Shown here piece by piece: positions 1 to 10,501 of a stretch of 64,000 nucleotides of DNA. Both the position numbers and the translations under genes were made by a program. Each line of letters starts with the position of its first letter. Position 1 is the stretch's first letter. Source of the DNA: Arcobacteraceae bacterium. GTDB lineage: Bacteria; Campylobacterota; Campylobacteria; Campylobacterales; Arcobacteraceae. The stretch is taken from contig OY759974.1 of NCBI GenBank assembly GCA_963662945.1, forward strand, positions 1,664,001 to 1,728,000, written 5' to 3'. The notes below the pieces were generated by a model. That model searched no databases. It saw nothing but the letters and a program-made list of their open reading frames with translations, and was not told the DNA's origin.

Positions 1-404
1 AGCGATTGTTCAGCGACTCGAAATAAGTCTTCATCTTGAAATAGTATATCAGCTGGGAGTTCATCTAGGATAAGCATCGCTTCTAATTTTTCATCATTAG
101 TTCTTAGTTTATCACGTTTTAATCTTATTTTTTGATAGTGAAGATAATTTTTTCTCTCTATCGCTTCTTTAATTTTTTCTTGTTTTTCTAGCTCTTTAAT
201 ATCTTGTTTTAATAACTCAGCTAGCATTGCTTTATTTTTTTCAAGACGGTTAGTTCTATCTTCAATATTTGTTTCTGTAGAAGCTTTAACTAAGGCTGTT
301 AACCTATTAACTCCAGATTCATGTTCAGAAAGTTGTTTTTTTGCAAGTTTAATATGTACTTCATCATCTTTTATCATCTCTTCTAATGCAAGTAATGCTT
401 TCAT
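1..404 (-). CDS. Hypothetical coiled-coil protein, partial (runs off the left edge)
   Basis: Manual translation from ATG at 404 (MKALLALEEMIKDDEVHIKL...) stays open to base 1; AGGA-type RBS upstream; not in the ORF track. Confidence 0.75.
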   Translation of the reverse strand, partial: MKALLALEEMIKDDEVHIKLAKKQLSEHESGVNRLTALVKASTETNIEDRTNRLEKNKAMLAELLKQDIKELEKQEKIKEAIERKNYLHYQKIRLKRDKLRTNDEKLEAMLILDELPADILFQDEDLFRVAEQS

Positions 405-507
405 ATCGTCATCCTATTGTTTAAAGTAACAAATTATTTTTTAACATTTATTCAAATAACGCTACATTATAATTAAAACTAATTTAATATAATATTAAGA
501 AAGGTAT

Positions 508-1635
508 TTATAAAGTCTTACATTTTAAAATTACACCAGATTCTATGTGATTTGAATATGCAAATTGGTCAAATAATGCAAATTGTGTTATTTCATGTGT
601 TTGAGTTAACGTTTTTAAATCTCTATGTAAGGTTTCTGGATTACAAGAGATATAAATAATTTGTTTAAAATTTTGTGCTAATTTTGTTGTTGTTTCATCT
701 AAACCAGCACGAGGTGGATCTAAAAATAGAGTATTAAATTTATAACTATCTAAATTAATATCTTTTAATCTTGTAAATTCTCGCACTTTATTTATAGCTT
801 CAACAAATTCTTCACTTGACATTCTAATAAACTCTATATTAGTGATATTATTAAGTTCACAGTTTGTTTTTGCAGATTTTATTGAAGTTTTACTAATCTC
901 AGTGGCTAAAACTTTATTGAATTTTTTTGATAATGGTATGGTAAAGTTTCCACCTCCACAATAAAGCTCACATAAATCATCAGAAGCATTAATATTATTT
1001 AATACCCAAGTTATCATTTGTTCATTTACATATTGATTTGGTTGTGTAAAACCACCTTCACTGTATCGAAAATGGAATTTTTGATTATCTATTTTTAGTG
1101 TTTCATCAATAAAATCATCACTTAAAATAATTTTTTGTTTTCTACTTCTTCCAATAATTTTTATATGTAATTTTTCTGATAGTTTTTTTACCTCTTCTAT
1201 CCAAACTTCATCAAGTTTTTTGTGATAAATTAATGTTACTAAAATATTATTTGTAGTAGAACTTAAAAATTCACAAGAAAATAATTTATGATTTAGTATT
1301 TCGTTGTTTTGAATATAGTCAATTAAGTTTGGCATTATTGTTGCTATAGCTTGACTAACAATACTACAAGAGTTTATTGGAAGTGGTTTTTTATCAATAT
1401 CATTCATAGCATAAGAAAATTTTGGATTGTCATTTTTATCAAAAGTTCTCCATATTCTAAATTCTGCTCGATTTCTAAACGCACCATCTTTACTTTTTAT
1501 GATAGCTATCTTTTTGTTCCAAAAATTTTCAAATCGTTTTTGTTCAATATCTATTTTATAGTTGAGTTGTTCTTCATAAGTTTTATTTCCTAAAGTACAA
1601 CTACCACAAATTCCAAAATAATTACAATCCATCAT
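508..1635 (-). CDS. trmA: tRNA (uridine54-C5)-methyltransferase
   Basis: FRNRAEFRIW, FTQPN, ELYCGGGNF, LDPPRAG and YISCNP motifs. Confidence 0.92.
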   Translation of the reverse strand: MMDCNYFGICGSCTLGNKTYEEQLNYKIDIEQKRFENFWNKKIAIIKSKDGAFRNRAEFRIWRTFDKNDNPKFSYAMNDIDKKPLPINSCSIVSQAIATIMPNLIDYIQNNEILNHKLFSCEFLSSTTNNILVTLIYHKKLDEVWIEEVKKLSEKLHIKIIGRSRKQKIILSDDFIDETLKIDNQKFHFRYSEGGFTQPNQYVNEQMITWVLNNINASDDLCELYCGGGNFTIPLSKKFNKVLATEISKTSIKSAKTNCELNNITNIEFIRMSSEEFVEAINKVREFTRLKDINLDSYKFNTLFLDPPRAGLDETTTKLAQNFKQIIYISCNPETLHRDLKTLTQTHEITQFALFDQFAYSNHIESGVILKCKTL

Positions 1636-1694
1636 TAACCTTAAATCTTATTTTAATTTGTTATTATATCCAATCAAAATAAAAGGCAACATAT

Positions 1695-3284
1695 TTGAAA
1701 CAGTCATTTCAAGAACAACTTAATCAACTTTTAAATTGTGATTTAAAATCACTCTATCCTTTGGCTCGTGAATTAAATAGAAAATTATATTTTTTTGTAG
1801 GACCTACAAATAGTGGAAAAACTTATGCTGCTATGCAGGAATTAATGAATGCAGATAGTGGAACGTATTTGGCACCTTTACGACTTTTAGCATTAGAAAA
1901 TTATGAGTTTTTAAAAGAGCAAAAAGTACCAGCTTCACTTATGACAGGGGAAGAAGAGATATTTGATGAAGATGCTGGACATATTTGTTCTACTATTGAA
2001 ATGTTAAATTTTAACCTTGAAGTTGATGTGTCTGTTATAGATGAAGTACAGATGCTTGATGATGAAGATAGAGGTTGGGCTTGGGTAAATGCAATTCTTG
2101 GGACACCAGCACAAAAAGTGATTATGACAGGAAGTGTTAATGCACTAGATATTGTAAAAAAAATAGCTTCTTATTTAGGTGAAGAATTAGAAATAGTAAA
2201 ATTTAAAAGAAAAAATCCATTAACAGTGGATGCCACTCAAACAGTTTTACGAGATATTAAAAAAGCAACGGCATTAATTGCATTTAGTAGAAAAGATGTA
2301 TTGGCATTGAAAGCAAAACTAAGTAAATTTCATACAGTTTCAGTGTTGTATGGAAACTTATCTCCAGAAGTAAGACGAGAAGAAGCCAAAAGATTTAGAG
2401 AAGGACAAAGTGATATTTTAATAGCAACAGATGCTATTGCAATGGGTTTAAATCTTCCTATAAAACATCTTTTATTTACAACAGATACAAAATTTGATGG
2501 GGTAGAAAAACGAAAACTTACTTCCAATGAAGTGATACAAATTGCAGGGCGTGCAGGAAGATATGGACATCATGAAATAGGGCATATAGGTGCTACAAGT
2601 AGATCAGTATTAAAGCATATTTCAGAAATGTTTACAAGTCCAATGACTACTATAAAACCACCTGTAAAAGTTAAAGCTACTCAAACACAAGTTGAAGAAC
2701 TCTCAACACATTTGGGAACAAAAAGTTTAACAAAAATATTGCAATACTTTTCAAAACATATGAAATATGATGGGCCATTTGTGGCTACAAATATTAAAAC
2801 AATGATAGAATTAGCAACCATACTTGATCCAAAAAGTGAATTATCTTTAGAACAAAAATATCATTTAAGCTCAGCACCTATTAATACACGTTCACCTTTG
2901 ATTAAAAATGGATATTTAAAATATGTCAATGCTGTTTTAACACATAGAGTGATTAAATATAAATCAAGTTCAAAAACAGTTGGTATCGCAAAAACACAAC
3001 TTGAACTTTTACAAGCAGAAGATGAAGTAAAAAAAATATCACTTTATCTTTGGTTATCATATAAATTCCCAGAAATTTTTCCTGATAAAGACAAAGCACA
3101 AGTGGCAAGAATACAGATAAATAATTTTTGTGAAAATTCTTTAAAATCAAATAAATCCCTTACTCCTATACAAAGAGAGTCAAAAAACCATTCAAGAAAA
3201 AGATTTAATGATAAAGATAAAAAAAGTACGAATTATAGAAAGCGGAGAGATTCAAGGGGAAGAGGAAATAAAACCATTAAATAG
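1695..3284 (+). CDS. SUV3-like superfamily 2 helicase
   Basis: GPTNSGKT Walker A, PLRLLA, IDEVQ, ATDAIAMGLN, QIAGRAGR; basic C-terminal tail; TTG start. Confidence 0.88.
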   Translation: MKQSFQEQLNQLLNCDLKSLYPLARELNRKLYFFVGPTNSGKTYAAMQELMNADSGTYLAPLRLLALENYEFLKEQKVPASLMTGEEEIFDEDAGHICSTIEMLNFNLEVDVSVIDEVQMLDDEDRGWAWVNAILGTPAQKVIMTGSVNALDIVKKIASYLGEELEIVKFKRKNPLTVDATQTVLRDIKKATALIAFSRKDVLALKAKLSKFHTVSVLYGNLSPEVRREEAKRFREGQSDILIATDAIAMGLNLPIKHLLFTTDTKFDGVEKRKLTSNEVIQIAGRAGRYGHHEIGHIGATSRSVLKHISEMFTSPMTTIKPPVKVKATQTQVEELSTHLGTKSLTKILQYFSKHMKYDGPFVATNIKTMIELATILDPKSELSLEQKYHLSSAPINTRSPLIKNGYLKYVNAVLTHRVIKYKSSSKTVGIAKTQLELLQAEDEVKKISLYLWLSYKFPEIFPDKDKAQVARIQINNFCENSLKSNKSLTPIQRESKNHSRKRFNDKDKKSTNYRKRRDSRGRGNKTIK

Positions 3285-3325
3285 TTTTATGGTATAATAA
3301 TTTTAAAACATTACAAAGAGACACT

Positions 3326-4648
3326 ATGGATAACAACCTATCAATTATAATATTAGCAGCAGGTGCTGGCACACGGATGAAATCAACATTACCTAAGGTG
3401 TTACACAAAATCTCAGGTCGAGAAATGCTTTATTACTCTATAAAAGAAGCTCAAAAACTCAGTGATGATATCCATGTGATTTTATATCATCAAGCTTCAC
3501 TTGTTGAAGAAAGTATGAATAAATATTTTTCAAATATAACATATCATATTCAAGATCATGAAAACTATCCAGGAACAGGTGGTGCTGTTATGGGGATAAC
3601 TCCTAAAAAAGAAAAAGTTTTAATTTTAAATGGAGATATGCCTTTAATTGAAGCTAGTGAATTGGAGCAGTTAACAGTTTTTAATGAAAAAGAGACAAAA
3701 GATGAAAAACTCACTATGTCTGTTTTGGAATTAGACTGTGCAGATGGTTATGGTAGAGTTGTTATTGATAAAGAAAATGTTGTAAAAATAATAGAACAAA
3801 AAGACTGTACTAGTTATGAGTTGAATATAAGAACTGCAAATGCTGGAATTTATTGTTTTGATACACAATTTTTATTGGAAAATTTACCGAAACTAACAAA
3901 TGAAAATGCACAAAAAGAGTACTACATAACAGATTTAGTTGAAATAGCAGTACAAAGTGGAATTAAAGTGCGTCCAATTGTAGTTAAAGAGGAAAATTTT
4001 AAAGGTGTAAACAGCAAATTAGATTTAGCAAATGCTGAGGTTATTCATCAAAATAGAATTAAAGAGAAGTTTTTACAAGCTGGTGTGATTATGAGATTGC
4101 CTGATACTATTTATATAGAAGAGGGTGTTTTAATTGAGGGTGAATCAATATTAGAAAATGGAGTGACACTACTTGGAAATAGTAAAATAGTTAATTCTCA
4201 TATTAAAACCAATAGTGTTGTTGAAGATTCTATTTTAGAAAATAGTGATATTGGACCAATGGCGCGAATACGACCTTTAAGTATTTTAAAAGATACTCAT
4301 ATCGGGAACTTTGTTGAAGTTAAAAAATCAACATTAACTGGTGTAAAAGCAGGTCATTTAAGTTATTTAGGCGATAGTACCATTGATGAAGGTTCAAATA
4401 TTGGAGCTGGAACTATTACTTGTAACTATGATGGAATCAATAAATATAAAACAATAATAGGAAAAAATGTTTTTGTTGGAAGTGATACGCAATTAGTTGC
4501 ACCTGTAACTATCGAAGATAATGTAATGATAGCAGCTGGAAGTACAATAACAAGTGATGTAAAATCAGGTGACTTGGCACTTAGTCGTACAAAACAAAAA
4601 ACAATACCGGGATTTTTTTATAAATTTTTTAATAAAGAGAAAAAATAA
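3326..4648 (+). CDS. glmU: Bifunctional UDP-GlcNAc pyrophosphorylase / glucosamine-1-P acetyltransferase
   Basis: LAAGAGTRMKS, EYYITD, hexapeptide repeats, GAGTITCNYDG. Confidence 0.97.
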   Translation: MDNNLSIIILAAGAGTRMKSTLPKVLHKISGREMLYYSIKEAQKLSDDIHVILYHQASLVEESMNKYFSNITYHIQDHENYPGTGGAVMGITPKKEKVLILNGDMPLIEASELEQLTVFNEKETKDEKLTMSVLELDCADGYGRVVIDKENVVKIIEQKDCTSYELNIRTANAGIYCFDTQFLLENLPKLTNENAQKEYYITDLVEIAVQSGIKVRPIVVKEENFKGVNSKLDLANAEVIHQNRIKEKFLQAGVIMRLPDTIYIEEGVLIEGESILENGVTLLGNSKIVNSHIKTNSVVEDSILENSDIGPMARIRPLSILKDTHIGNFVEVKKSTLTGVKAGHLSYLGDSTIDEGSNIGAGTITCNYDGINKYKTIIGKNVFVGSDTQLVAPVTIEDNVMIAAGSTITSDVKSGDLALSRTKQKTIPGFFYKFFNKEKK

Positions 4649-5916
4649 TGAGATTATTAGAGGGAAAGAATATTCTTGTCGCTGTAACAGGAAGCATTGC
4701 TGTTTATAAAACTTTAGAACTTATAAGACTTTATATTAAATCTGGTGCAAATGTAAAAGTAATCATGACAGAATCTTCTAAAAAATTTATAAATCCTTTA
4801 ACATTTGAAACAATTTCTCAAAATAAAGTTTTAGATGAGAATAGTGAAGATTGGAGTTGTGAAACTGTCAATAATCATATTGCAATTGGAAAATGGGCAC
4901 ATCTTTTTGTAATAGCACCAGCAACGGCAAATACTATAAATAAACTTTCAAATGGAATAGCAGATAATTTACTTCTACAAACAGCTTTAGCATACCCAAG
5001 AGTAAAATTACTTTGTCCAGCAGCAAATACAAATATGATGCACAATCCATTAACAAAAGCTAGTCTAAAGATGTTAAAGCTTTGTAATTTTAAAATTATA
5101 AATTCAGTAACAAAAGAGTTAGCTTGTCAAGATATTGGTGATGGTGCGATGGCAGAGGTTGAAGATGTTTTCCATCAAACATGTCAAGAGTTGTTAAAAG
5201 ATAATTATTGGATAGATAGAAAAGTAGTACTAAATGGTGGTGGTACAATTGAAAAAATTGATGATGTGAGATATATAAGTAATTTTAGTAGTGGAAAAAT
5301 GGCGGGTAGTTTAGCAATTGCCTTGTATTACAAAGGGGCAGATGTATGTTTGGTAACTACTTCAAATATAGAAGTTCCAAATGCAGTTCATATAATAAAA
5401 GTTCAAAGTACAAATGAGATGTTAGAGTTTGTTAATGACAGTTTAAAAGTTGCAAGAAAAGGAAAAATGTCAAGTGCAACTTTAATGGATAATAATAATA
5501 TGCAACTTATTCAAAAAAAGCCTTTCTTTTTTGCAGTAGCAGCTGTAAGTGATTATATACCAAAATATCCACAAAATGGAAAAATTAAAAAAGATGATAT
5601 TGGAAATAGTTGGAATTTAGAGTTAAAACAAAATATTGATATGTTAGAAAATATTGATAAGAATGGTATTTATACTATTGGTTTTAAAGCTGAGATGGAT
5701 AAAAATACTGCAATACAAAATGCAACAAATATGCTTGAGAAAAAATCATTAGATGGTGCTTGTTTAAATATATTAGACAGTACAAATCAATTTGGAAGTG
5801 ATACAAATTCGATAGATTTAATTACAAAAAATAAGAGTATAAAATTCAATACTGCATCAAAGTTAGAAATTTCTTTACTTCTTTTAGATGCATTGAAAGA
5901 TGAGTTTAGTGAATAA
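4648..5916 (+). CDS. coaBC: Phosphopantothenoylcysteine decarboxylase / ligase
   Basis: VTGSIAVYK, APATAN, IDDVRYISNFSSGKM, AAVSDY, GFKAE. Confidence 0.95.
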   Translation: MRLLEGKNILVAVTGSIAVYKTLELIRLYIKSGANVKVIMTESSKKFINPLTFETISQNKVLDENSEDWSCETVNNHIAIGKWAHLFVIAPATANTINKLSNGIADNLLLQTALAYPRVKLLCPAANTNMMHNPLTKASLKMLKLCNFKIINSVTKELACQDIGDGAMAEVEDVFHQTCQELLKDNYWIDRKVVLNGGGTIEKIDDVRYISNFSSGKMAGSLAIALYYKGADVCLVTTSNIEVPNAVHIIKVQSTNEMLEFVNDSLKVARKGKMSSATLMDNNNMQLIQKKPFFFAVAAVSDYIPKYPQNGKIKKDDIGNSWNLELKQNIDMLENIDKNGIYTIGFKAEMDKNTAIQNATNMLEKKSLDGACLNILDSTNQFGSDTNSIDLITKNKSIKFNTASKLEISLLLLDALKDEFSE

Positions 5917-6595
5917 CGAATTGATTCCCAATCATATTGCCATAATAATGGATGGAAATGGAAGATGGGCAAAAGAGAGAGGATTAAAAAGAACATCTGG
6001 GCATGAAGAGGGTGCAAAAGTTGTAAGAGATATTACTACACATTGTTCTAAAATAGGTGTAAAGTATCTTACTTTATATGCATTTAGTACAGAAAACTGG
6101 GCACGACCAAAAATTGAAGTTGAATTTTTGATGAAATTATTAGAAAGATATTTTCAAAATGAGTTATTAGTATATTTAGAAAATAATGTAAGATTTAAAG
6201 CAATAGGGAATTTGACAAAGTTTTCTAAAAAATTACAAACAATAATAACAGAAGTTGAAGAAAAAACAAAAAATTGTACTGGACTTACTCAAGTTTTAGC
6301 TTTAAATTATGGAAGTCGTGATGAGATAACAAGAGCTGTACAAAAAGTTGTTGAGAAAAACTTAGAGATAACAGAAGAAAATATTAATAATAATTTAGAT
6401 ACACAAAATATGCCAGATGTAGATTTACTTATACGAACAAGTGGAGAGATAAGAATTTCAAATTATCTTTTATGGCAATGTGCCTATGCAGAAATGTTTT
6501 TTACTCAAACATATTGGCCTGAGTTTACAAGTTCTGAACTAGATGATATTATTTCAGATTTTCATCAAAGAGAGAGAAGATTTGGAGGTATTTAG
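5900..6595 (+). CDS. uppS: Undecaprenyl diphosphate synthase
   Basis: HIAIIMDGNGRWA, FSTENW, IRTSGEIRISNYLLWQ, RERRFGG. Confidence 0.96.
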   Translation: MSLVNNELIPNHIAIIMDGNGRWAKERGLKRTSGHEEGAKVVRDITTHCSKIGVKYLTLYAFSTENWARPKIEVEFLMKLLERYFQNELLVYLENNVRFKAIGNLTKFSKKLQTIITEVEEKTKNCTGLTQVLALNYGSRDEITRAVQKVVEKNLEITEENINNNLDTQNMPDVDLLIRTSGEIRISNYLLWQCAYAEMFFTQTYWPEFTSSELDDIISDFHQRERRFGGI

Positions 6596-7379
6596 TATCA
6601 TTATTGTAACAATATTTGGACTTATATTTGGAAGTTTTTTAACTATGTTAGTTTATAGATTACCTTTGGGTATATCTTTAATTAAACCCAAAAGATCAAC
6701 TTGTCCAAACTGTACACATCAAATAAATTGGTACGAAAACATACCTCTTTTTTCTTATTTGTATTTAAAAGGTTATTGTTCTCATTGTAAAACAAAAATT
6801 TCATTTATTTATCCCATTATAGAAATAATAACGGCAATTGTAACACTTTTGTTATTTTTAAAATTAGGGTTAACTAGTCAATTTTTTATGGTATTAAGTT
6901 TATTTTATAGTTTAATAGTTTTATCCTTTATAGATTTAAAATATAAAGCAGTTCCTGATTATTTACTTTTAATATCTTTAGGTATTGCAATAGCGTATAT
7001 ATTTACTTATAACATTGAAAATATAATTACAATCTTTATATTTGCTGGGGCAATAGTGATTTTAGAAATGTTTGTAACTTTTTATATACAAAATATAAAA
7101 TCAAAAATTGTAGGGGATGAAAGTTTAAAAGAACAAAAATCTTTAGGAGAAGGTGATGTGCCTATTTTTGCACTTATTGGTGGGATATTAGGAGTAAAAC
7201 TAGGAATGGTAGCTATATTCCTATCAGCTATTTTAGCTATAATTCCATCAATTATAAATATTGTAATGAAAAAAGAGAATGAGATACCATTTATCCCTTT
7301 TTTATCTTTAGGATTTATAATAGTATTTTTAAGTGAATTTTATATCTTAGATATAATGAATGTGATTTATGGAAAGTAG
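6582..7379 (+). CDS. A24 family prepilin peptidase
   Basis: GSFL, two CxxC pairs, IPLFSY, GEGD, IPFIPFL; likely TTG start at 6582 (track start 6543). Confidence 0.88.
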   Translation: MEVFSIIIVTIFGLIFGSFLTMLVYRLPLGISLIKPKRSTCPNCTHQINWYENIPLFSYLYLKGYCSHCKTKISFIYPIIEIITAIVTLLLFLKLGLTSQFFMVLSLFYSLIVLSFIDLKYKAVPDYLLLISLGIAIAYIFTYNIENIITIFIFAGAIVILEMFVTFYIQNIKSKIVGDESLKEQKSLGEGDVPIFALIGGILGVKLGMVAIFLSAILAIIPSIINIVMKKENEIPFIPFLSLGFIIVFLSEFYILDIMNVIYGK

Positions 7380-7385
7380 GGTGAT

Positions 7386-8390
7386 ATGAATAATATATTA
7401 AAAAAATATCTAAATAAAACATATGCAAATACATTTTTCCCTATTTTTCTGACGTTATATACAGTGACATCTATAATATTTTTAGTAAAAATCGCGTCAT
7501 TAACTTCTGTAATACAGATTAATTTTTTTGAATTACTAGAATTATATGCTTATAATATTGCAACAATTTTATTTTATACAATACCAATTTCATTATTTAT
7601 CTCTTTAGGATTATCATTAGCAAAATTATCAAGTGAATATGAATTGATTGTAATTACGAGTTTTGGTTTAAATCCTTTTCAAATATTAAAGATGTTTTTA
7701 CCACTTTTAATTTCTGCTTCTTTTTTAATACTTATGGTATCTTTAACCTTAGTACCGAAATCTATTTTTTTAAAAGAAACTTTTTTGGTTAATAAAAAAA
7801 CTGAGGCACAATTTAACATTAAAGCAAATGAATATGGGCAACAGTTTGGTAAGTGGCTTATATATGTTGAAAAAGAGCAAAATGGTTTATATCAAGATAT
7901 AGTTTTATACCAACAAAATAAACTTGAAGATATTTTTATTGTTGCAAAGCATGCTCAACTTAATAATATGAAAACATCATTGAGTTTGAGTTTAAATGAT
8001 GGAAAAGTAGTAAAAGTTGGAGAAAAAGTAAGTCAAATTGATTTTAAAAAAATGATTTTAAATAATGAATTGGAACAAACAAAAGATATAAAAACATTAA
8101 ATGATCTTCTTGTTTACTGGAAAGATAAGCAAGAGAAGTTGACATTTTATATTTTATCATCTATATTTCCTCTAATATCTGCATTTTTTATTATTTATAT
8201 GGGCTTTTTTAATCCACGATATAATAAAAATTATAGTACAGTCATAGGAATAGCCATAACTGTAATTTTTGTAGTGTTAGTTAAAGAATTAAGTAATAAA
8301 TTTCAAACTGATGCCTTATATTATTTTCCTATTATATGGCTTATAGTAGGTTATTTATTTTATAGATATAAGATTAAACCATATTATTAA
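7386..8390 (+). CDS. LptF/LptG family LPS export permease
   Basis: 3 TM, periplasmic domain, 3 TM; KLSSEYEL motif. Confidence 0.82.
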   Translation: MNNILKKYLNKTYANTFFPIFLTLYTVTSIIFLVKIASLTSVIQINFFELLELYAYNIATILFYTIPISLFISLGLSLAKLSSEYELIVITSFGLNPFQILKMFLPLLISASFLILMVSLTLVPKSIFLKETFLVNKKTEAQFNIKANEYGQQFGKWLIYVEKEQNGLYQDIVLYQQNKLEDIFIVAKHAQLNNMKTSLSLSLNDGKVVKVGEKVSQIDFKKMILNNELEQTKDIKTLNDLLVYWKDKQEKLTFYILSSIFPLISAFFIIYMGFFNPRYNKNYSTVIGIAITVIFVVLVKELSNKFQTDALYYFPIIWLIVGYLFYRYKIKPYY

Positions 8391-8391
8391 G

Positions 8392-9117
8392 ATGATGAAA
8401 ATTAAATTTACAATTAGTTATGATGGTTCTTTGTTTTACGGCTCTCAAGTACAACCTAATCATGTAACAATTCAATCTAAAATAGAAGAAGTTTTTAAAT
8501 TACTCAATATAGAAACATCATTAGAGTTTAGTGGAAGAACAGATAGAGGCGTTCATGCTTTTAGACAAGTTATATCGTGTGATATTCCAGAATTTTGGAA
8601 TAACCTAGTGAAGTTTAAGACTACACTAAATAAAATGCTACCTAACTCTATTTATGTGAGAAATATATCATATGTAGCTGATAATTTTCATGCTAGATTT
8701 AGTGCAAAAAGTAGAGAATACAGATATCTTATCTCCACTAAAAAATTAACACCATTTAACCAAAATTATTTAGGATATTATGAAAGTATAAATTTGGAAA
8801 ATATTCAAAATGCCATAAAGGTACTTCATGGTATTCATGATTTTGAATATATGAGTAAAAAAGGAAGTGAACCTGTTTCAACCATAAGAGAAATATATGA
8901 TATAAAATTTTATAAGTATAAAGAGCTTTATATTTTTAGATTTAAAGCAAACTCCTATCTTCGAAGTCAAATAAGGATGATGGTTGATTTTATTATGAAA
9001 ATATCAAGTGGAAAATTAACTGTTGATGATTTGAAAAAACAGCTTGCTAAAGAGAAATTAATCTCTTGGACTCTTGCGAGTCCAAATGGGCTATATTTAA
9101 GTAAAATTAATTACTAG
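8392..9117 (+). CDS. truA: tRNA pseudouridine(38-40) synthase
   Basis: YDGS.F.GSQ.Q, SGRTDRGVHA, FHARFSA, YRY. Confidence 0.95.
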   Translation: MMKIKFTISYDGSLFYGSQVQPNHVTIQSKIEEVFKLLNIETSLEFSGRTDRGVHAFRQVISCDIPEFWNNLVKFKTTLNKMLPNSIYVRNISYVADNFHARFSAKSREYRYLISTKKLTPFNQNYLGYYESINLENIQNAIKVLHGIHDFEYMSKKGSEPVSTIREIYDIKFYKYKELYIFRFKANSYLRSQIRMMVDFIMKISSGKLTVDDLKKQLAKEKLISWTLASPNGLYLSKINY

Positions 9118-9514
9118 GTCGGCTTAATCTTCCTAAAAAAGATTGTTTACTTTTATATCCTCTTAAAGAGTATAATAACTCTTCAGTTTTTGGATCAATA
9201 ACATATGTTGTAGGTGTTCCTTCTGGTAAAAATTTTGCTGGAACATCTTCAATATCCATACTTAAACTCAAATCTACTGTTACAAAGATAAAATTTTTAT
9301 TTAAAAAGTTTATAACTTCTTCATCCGAAAGCGTATCTGCTTCCATTTTTCGACACCAAGGGCAAAAAGGACTGTGAGCAAATAAAACAACTGGTTTATT
9401 TTGTTCTACACCTTTTTTAAGTGCATCTGCATAAGAATCTGCATGAATTAAATCAGCGGCATTCAGTGTAAATACACTAAAAAGTATTAAAAGTAGTTTT
9501 GTAAATATTTTCAT
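9107..9514 (-). CDS. Exported thioredoxin-fold protein
   Basis: Signal peptide from MKIFTK (ATG 9514), CPWC motif, GTPT cis-Pro loop. Confidence 0.8.
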   Translation of the reverse strand: MKIFTKLLLILFSVFTLNAADLIHADSYADALKKGVEQNKPVVLFAHSPFCPWCRKMEADTLSDEEVINFLNKNFIFVTVDLSLSMDIEDVPAKFLPEGTPTTYVIDPKTEELLYSLRGYKSKQSFLGRLSRPSN

Positions 9515-9515
9515 T

Positions 9516-10487
9516 TTATAACCTTTGTGGCATTTCATCTTTAAATGCCAATTTTTCTGCATTTTGTAATATATCTATTGCACCATCTTGAATCATTTTT
9601 TGAGCTAAATCAAAACCTAAAGTTTCACAAGTAGATAAGTTTTGTGTAAGAGATTCTTTTAAAATATGTGAACCATCTGGATAGCCAATCATTGCTTGAA
9701 GTGTAATTGTATTATTTTGAATAGTTGCATTACAAGCAACTGGTGCAGAACAACCAGCACCTATTTTTGAGATAAAATCTCTTTCAGCTTTAGTACATAT
9801 AAAAGTATTTGTATCATTTACACTTAATGCTATCTCTCTAAGTTTCTCATTGCCACTTACTATCTCAATTCCTAGTGCTGCTTGTCCCATAGGTGGTATC
9901 ATCATCTCTAATGGGAGTTTTTTTGTATAAGGAATATCTTTTAATAAATCAAGTCTATGTAAACCAATCCAAGCTAATATAATTGCATCATATTGACCTT
10001 CTGCTAATTTTCTAAGTCGTGTATTTACATTTCCCCGTAAATCTTTTACAGTTAAATCTGGTCTTTTATTTAAAAGTTGCATTCTTCTTCGTAAACTTGT
10101 TGTACCAACAACCGCACCTTGCGGAAGTTCCTCTAAGCTTGCAAATTGGTGTGACAAAAATACATCACTTTGATCTTGTCTTTGTGTGATAGCAACTAAC
10201 TCTAAACCATCTGGAATATAAGTTGGAACATCTTTTAAACTATGAACAGCTAAATCTGCATTTCCAGCTATCATTTCATCTTCTAGTTCTTTTGTAAAAT
10301 GTCCTTTTCCTCCAACTAAAGCTAAAGGTTTATCGAGAATTTTATCTCCACGACTTACTATTTTATTGAGTTCTACCTTTATATCTGGATAACTATTTTC
10401 TATTCTTTCTTTTATATGGTATGCTTGCCAAAGTGCTAAATCACTCGCTCTTGTTGCTATTACTATTTTTTCCAATTTTTCTCCCAT
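9516..10487 (-). CDS. hemC: Hydroxymethylbilane synthase
   Basis: ATRASDLALWQA, GGKGHFTKELE, AVHSLKD, GTTSLRR, LRGNVNTRL. Confidence 0.97.
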   Translation of the reverse strand: MGEKLEKIVIATRASDLALWQAYHIKERIENSYPDIKVELNKIVSRGDKILDKPLALVGGKGHFTKELEDEMIAGNADLAVHSLKDVPTYIPDGLELVAITQRQDQSDVFLSHQFASLEELPQGAVVGTTSLRRRMQLLNKRPDLTVKDLRGNVNTRLRKLAEGQYDAIILAWIGLHRLDLLKDIPYTKKLPLEMMIPPMGQAALGIEIVSGNEKLREIALSVNDTNTFICTKAERDFISKIGAGCSAPVACNATIQNNTITLQAMIGYPDGSHILKESLTQNLSTCETLGFDLAQKMIQDGAIDILQNAEKLAFKDEMPQRL

Positions 10488-10501
10488 AATTCCAATAATA
10501 A

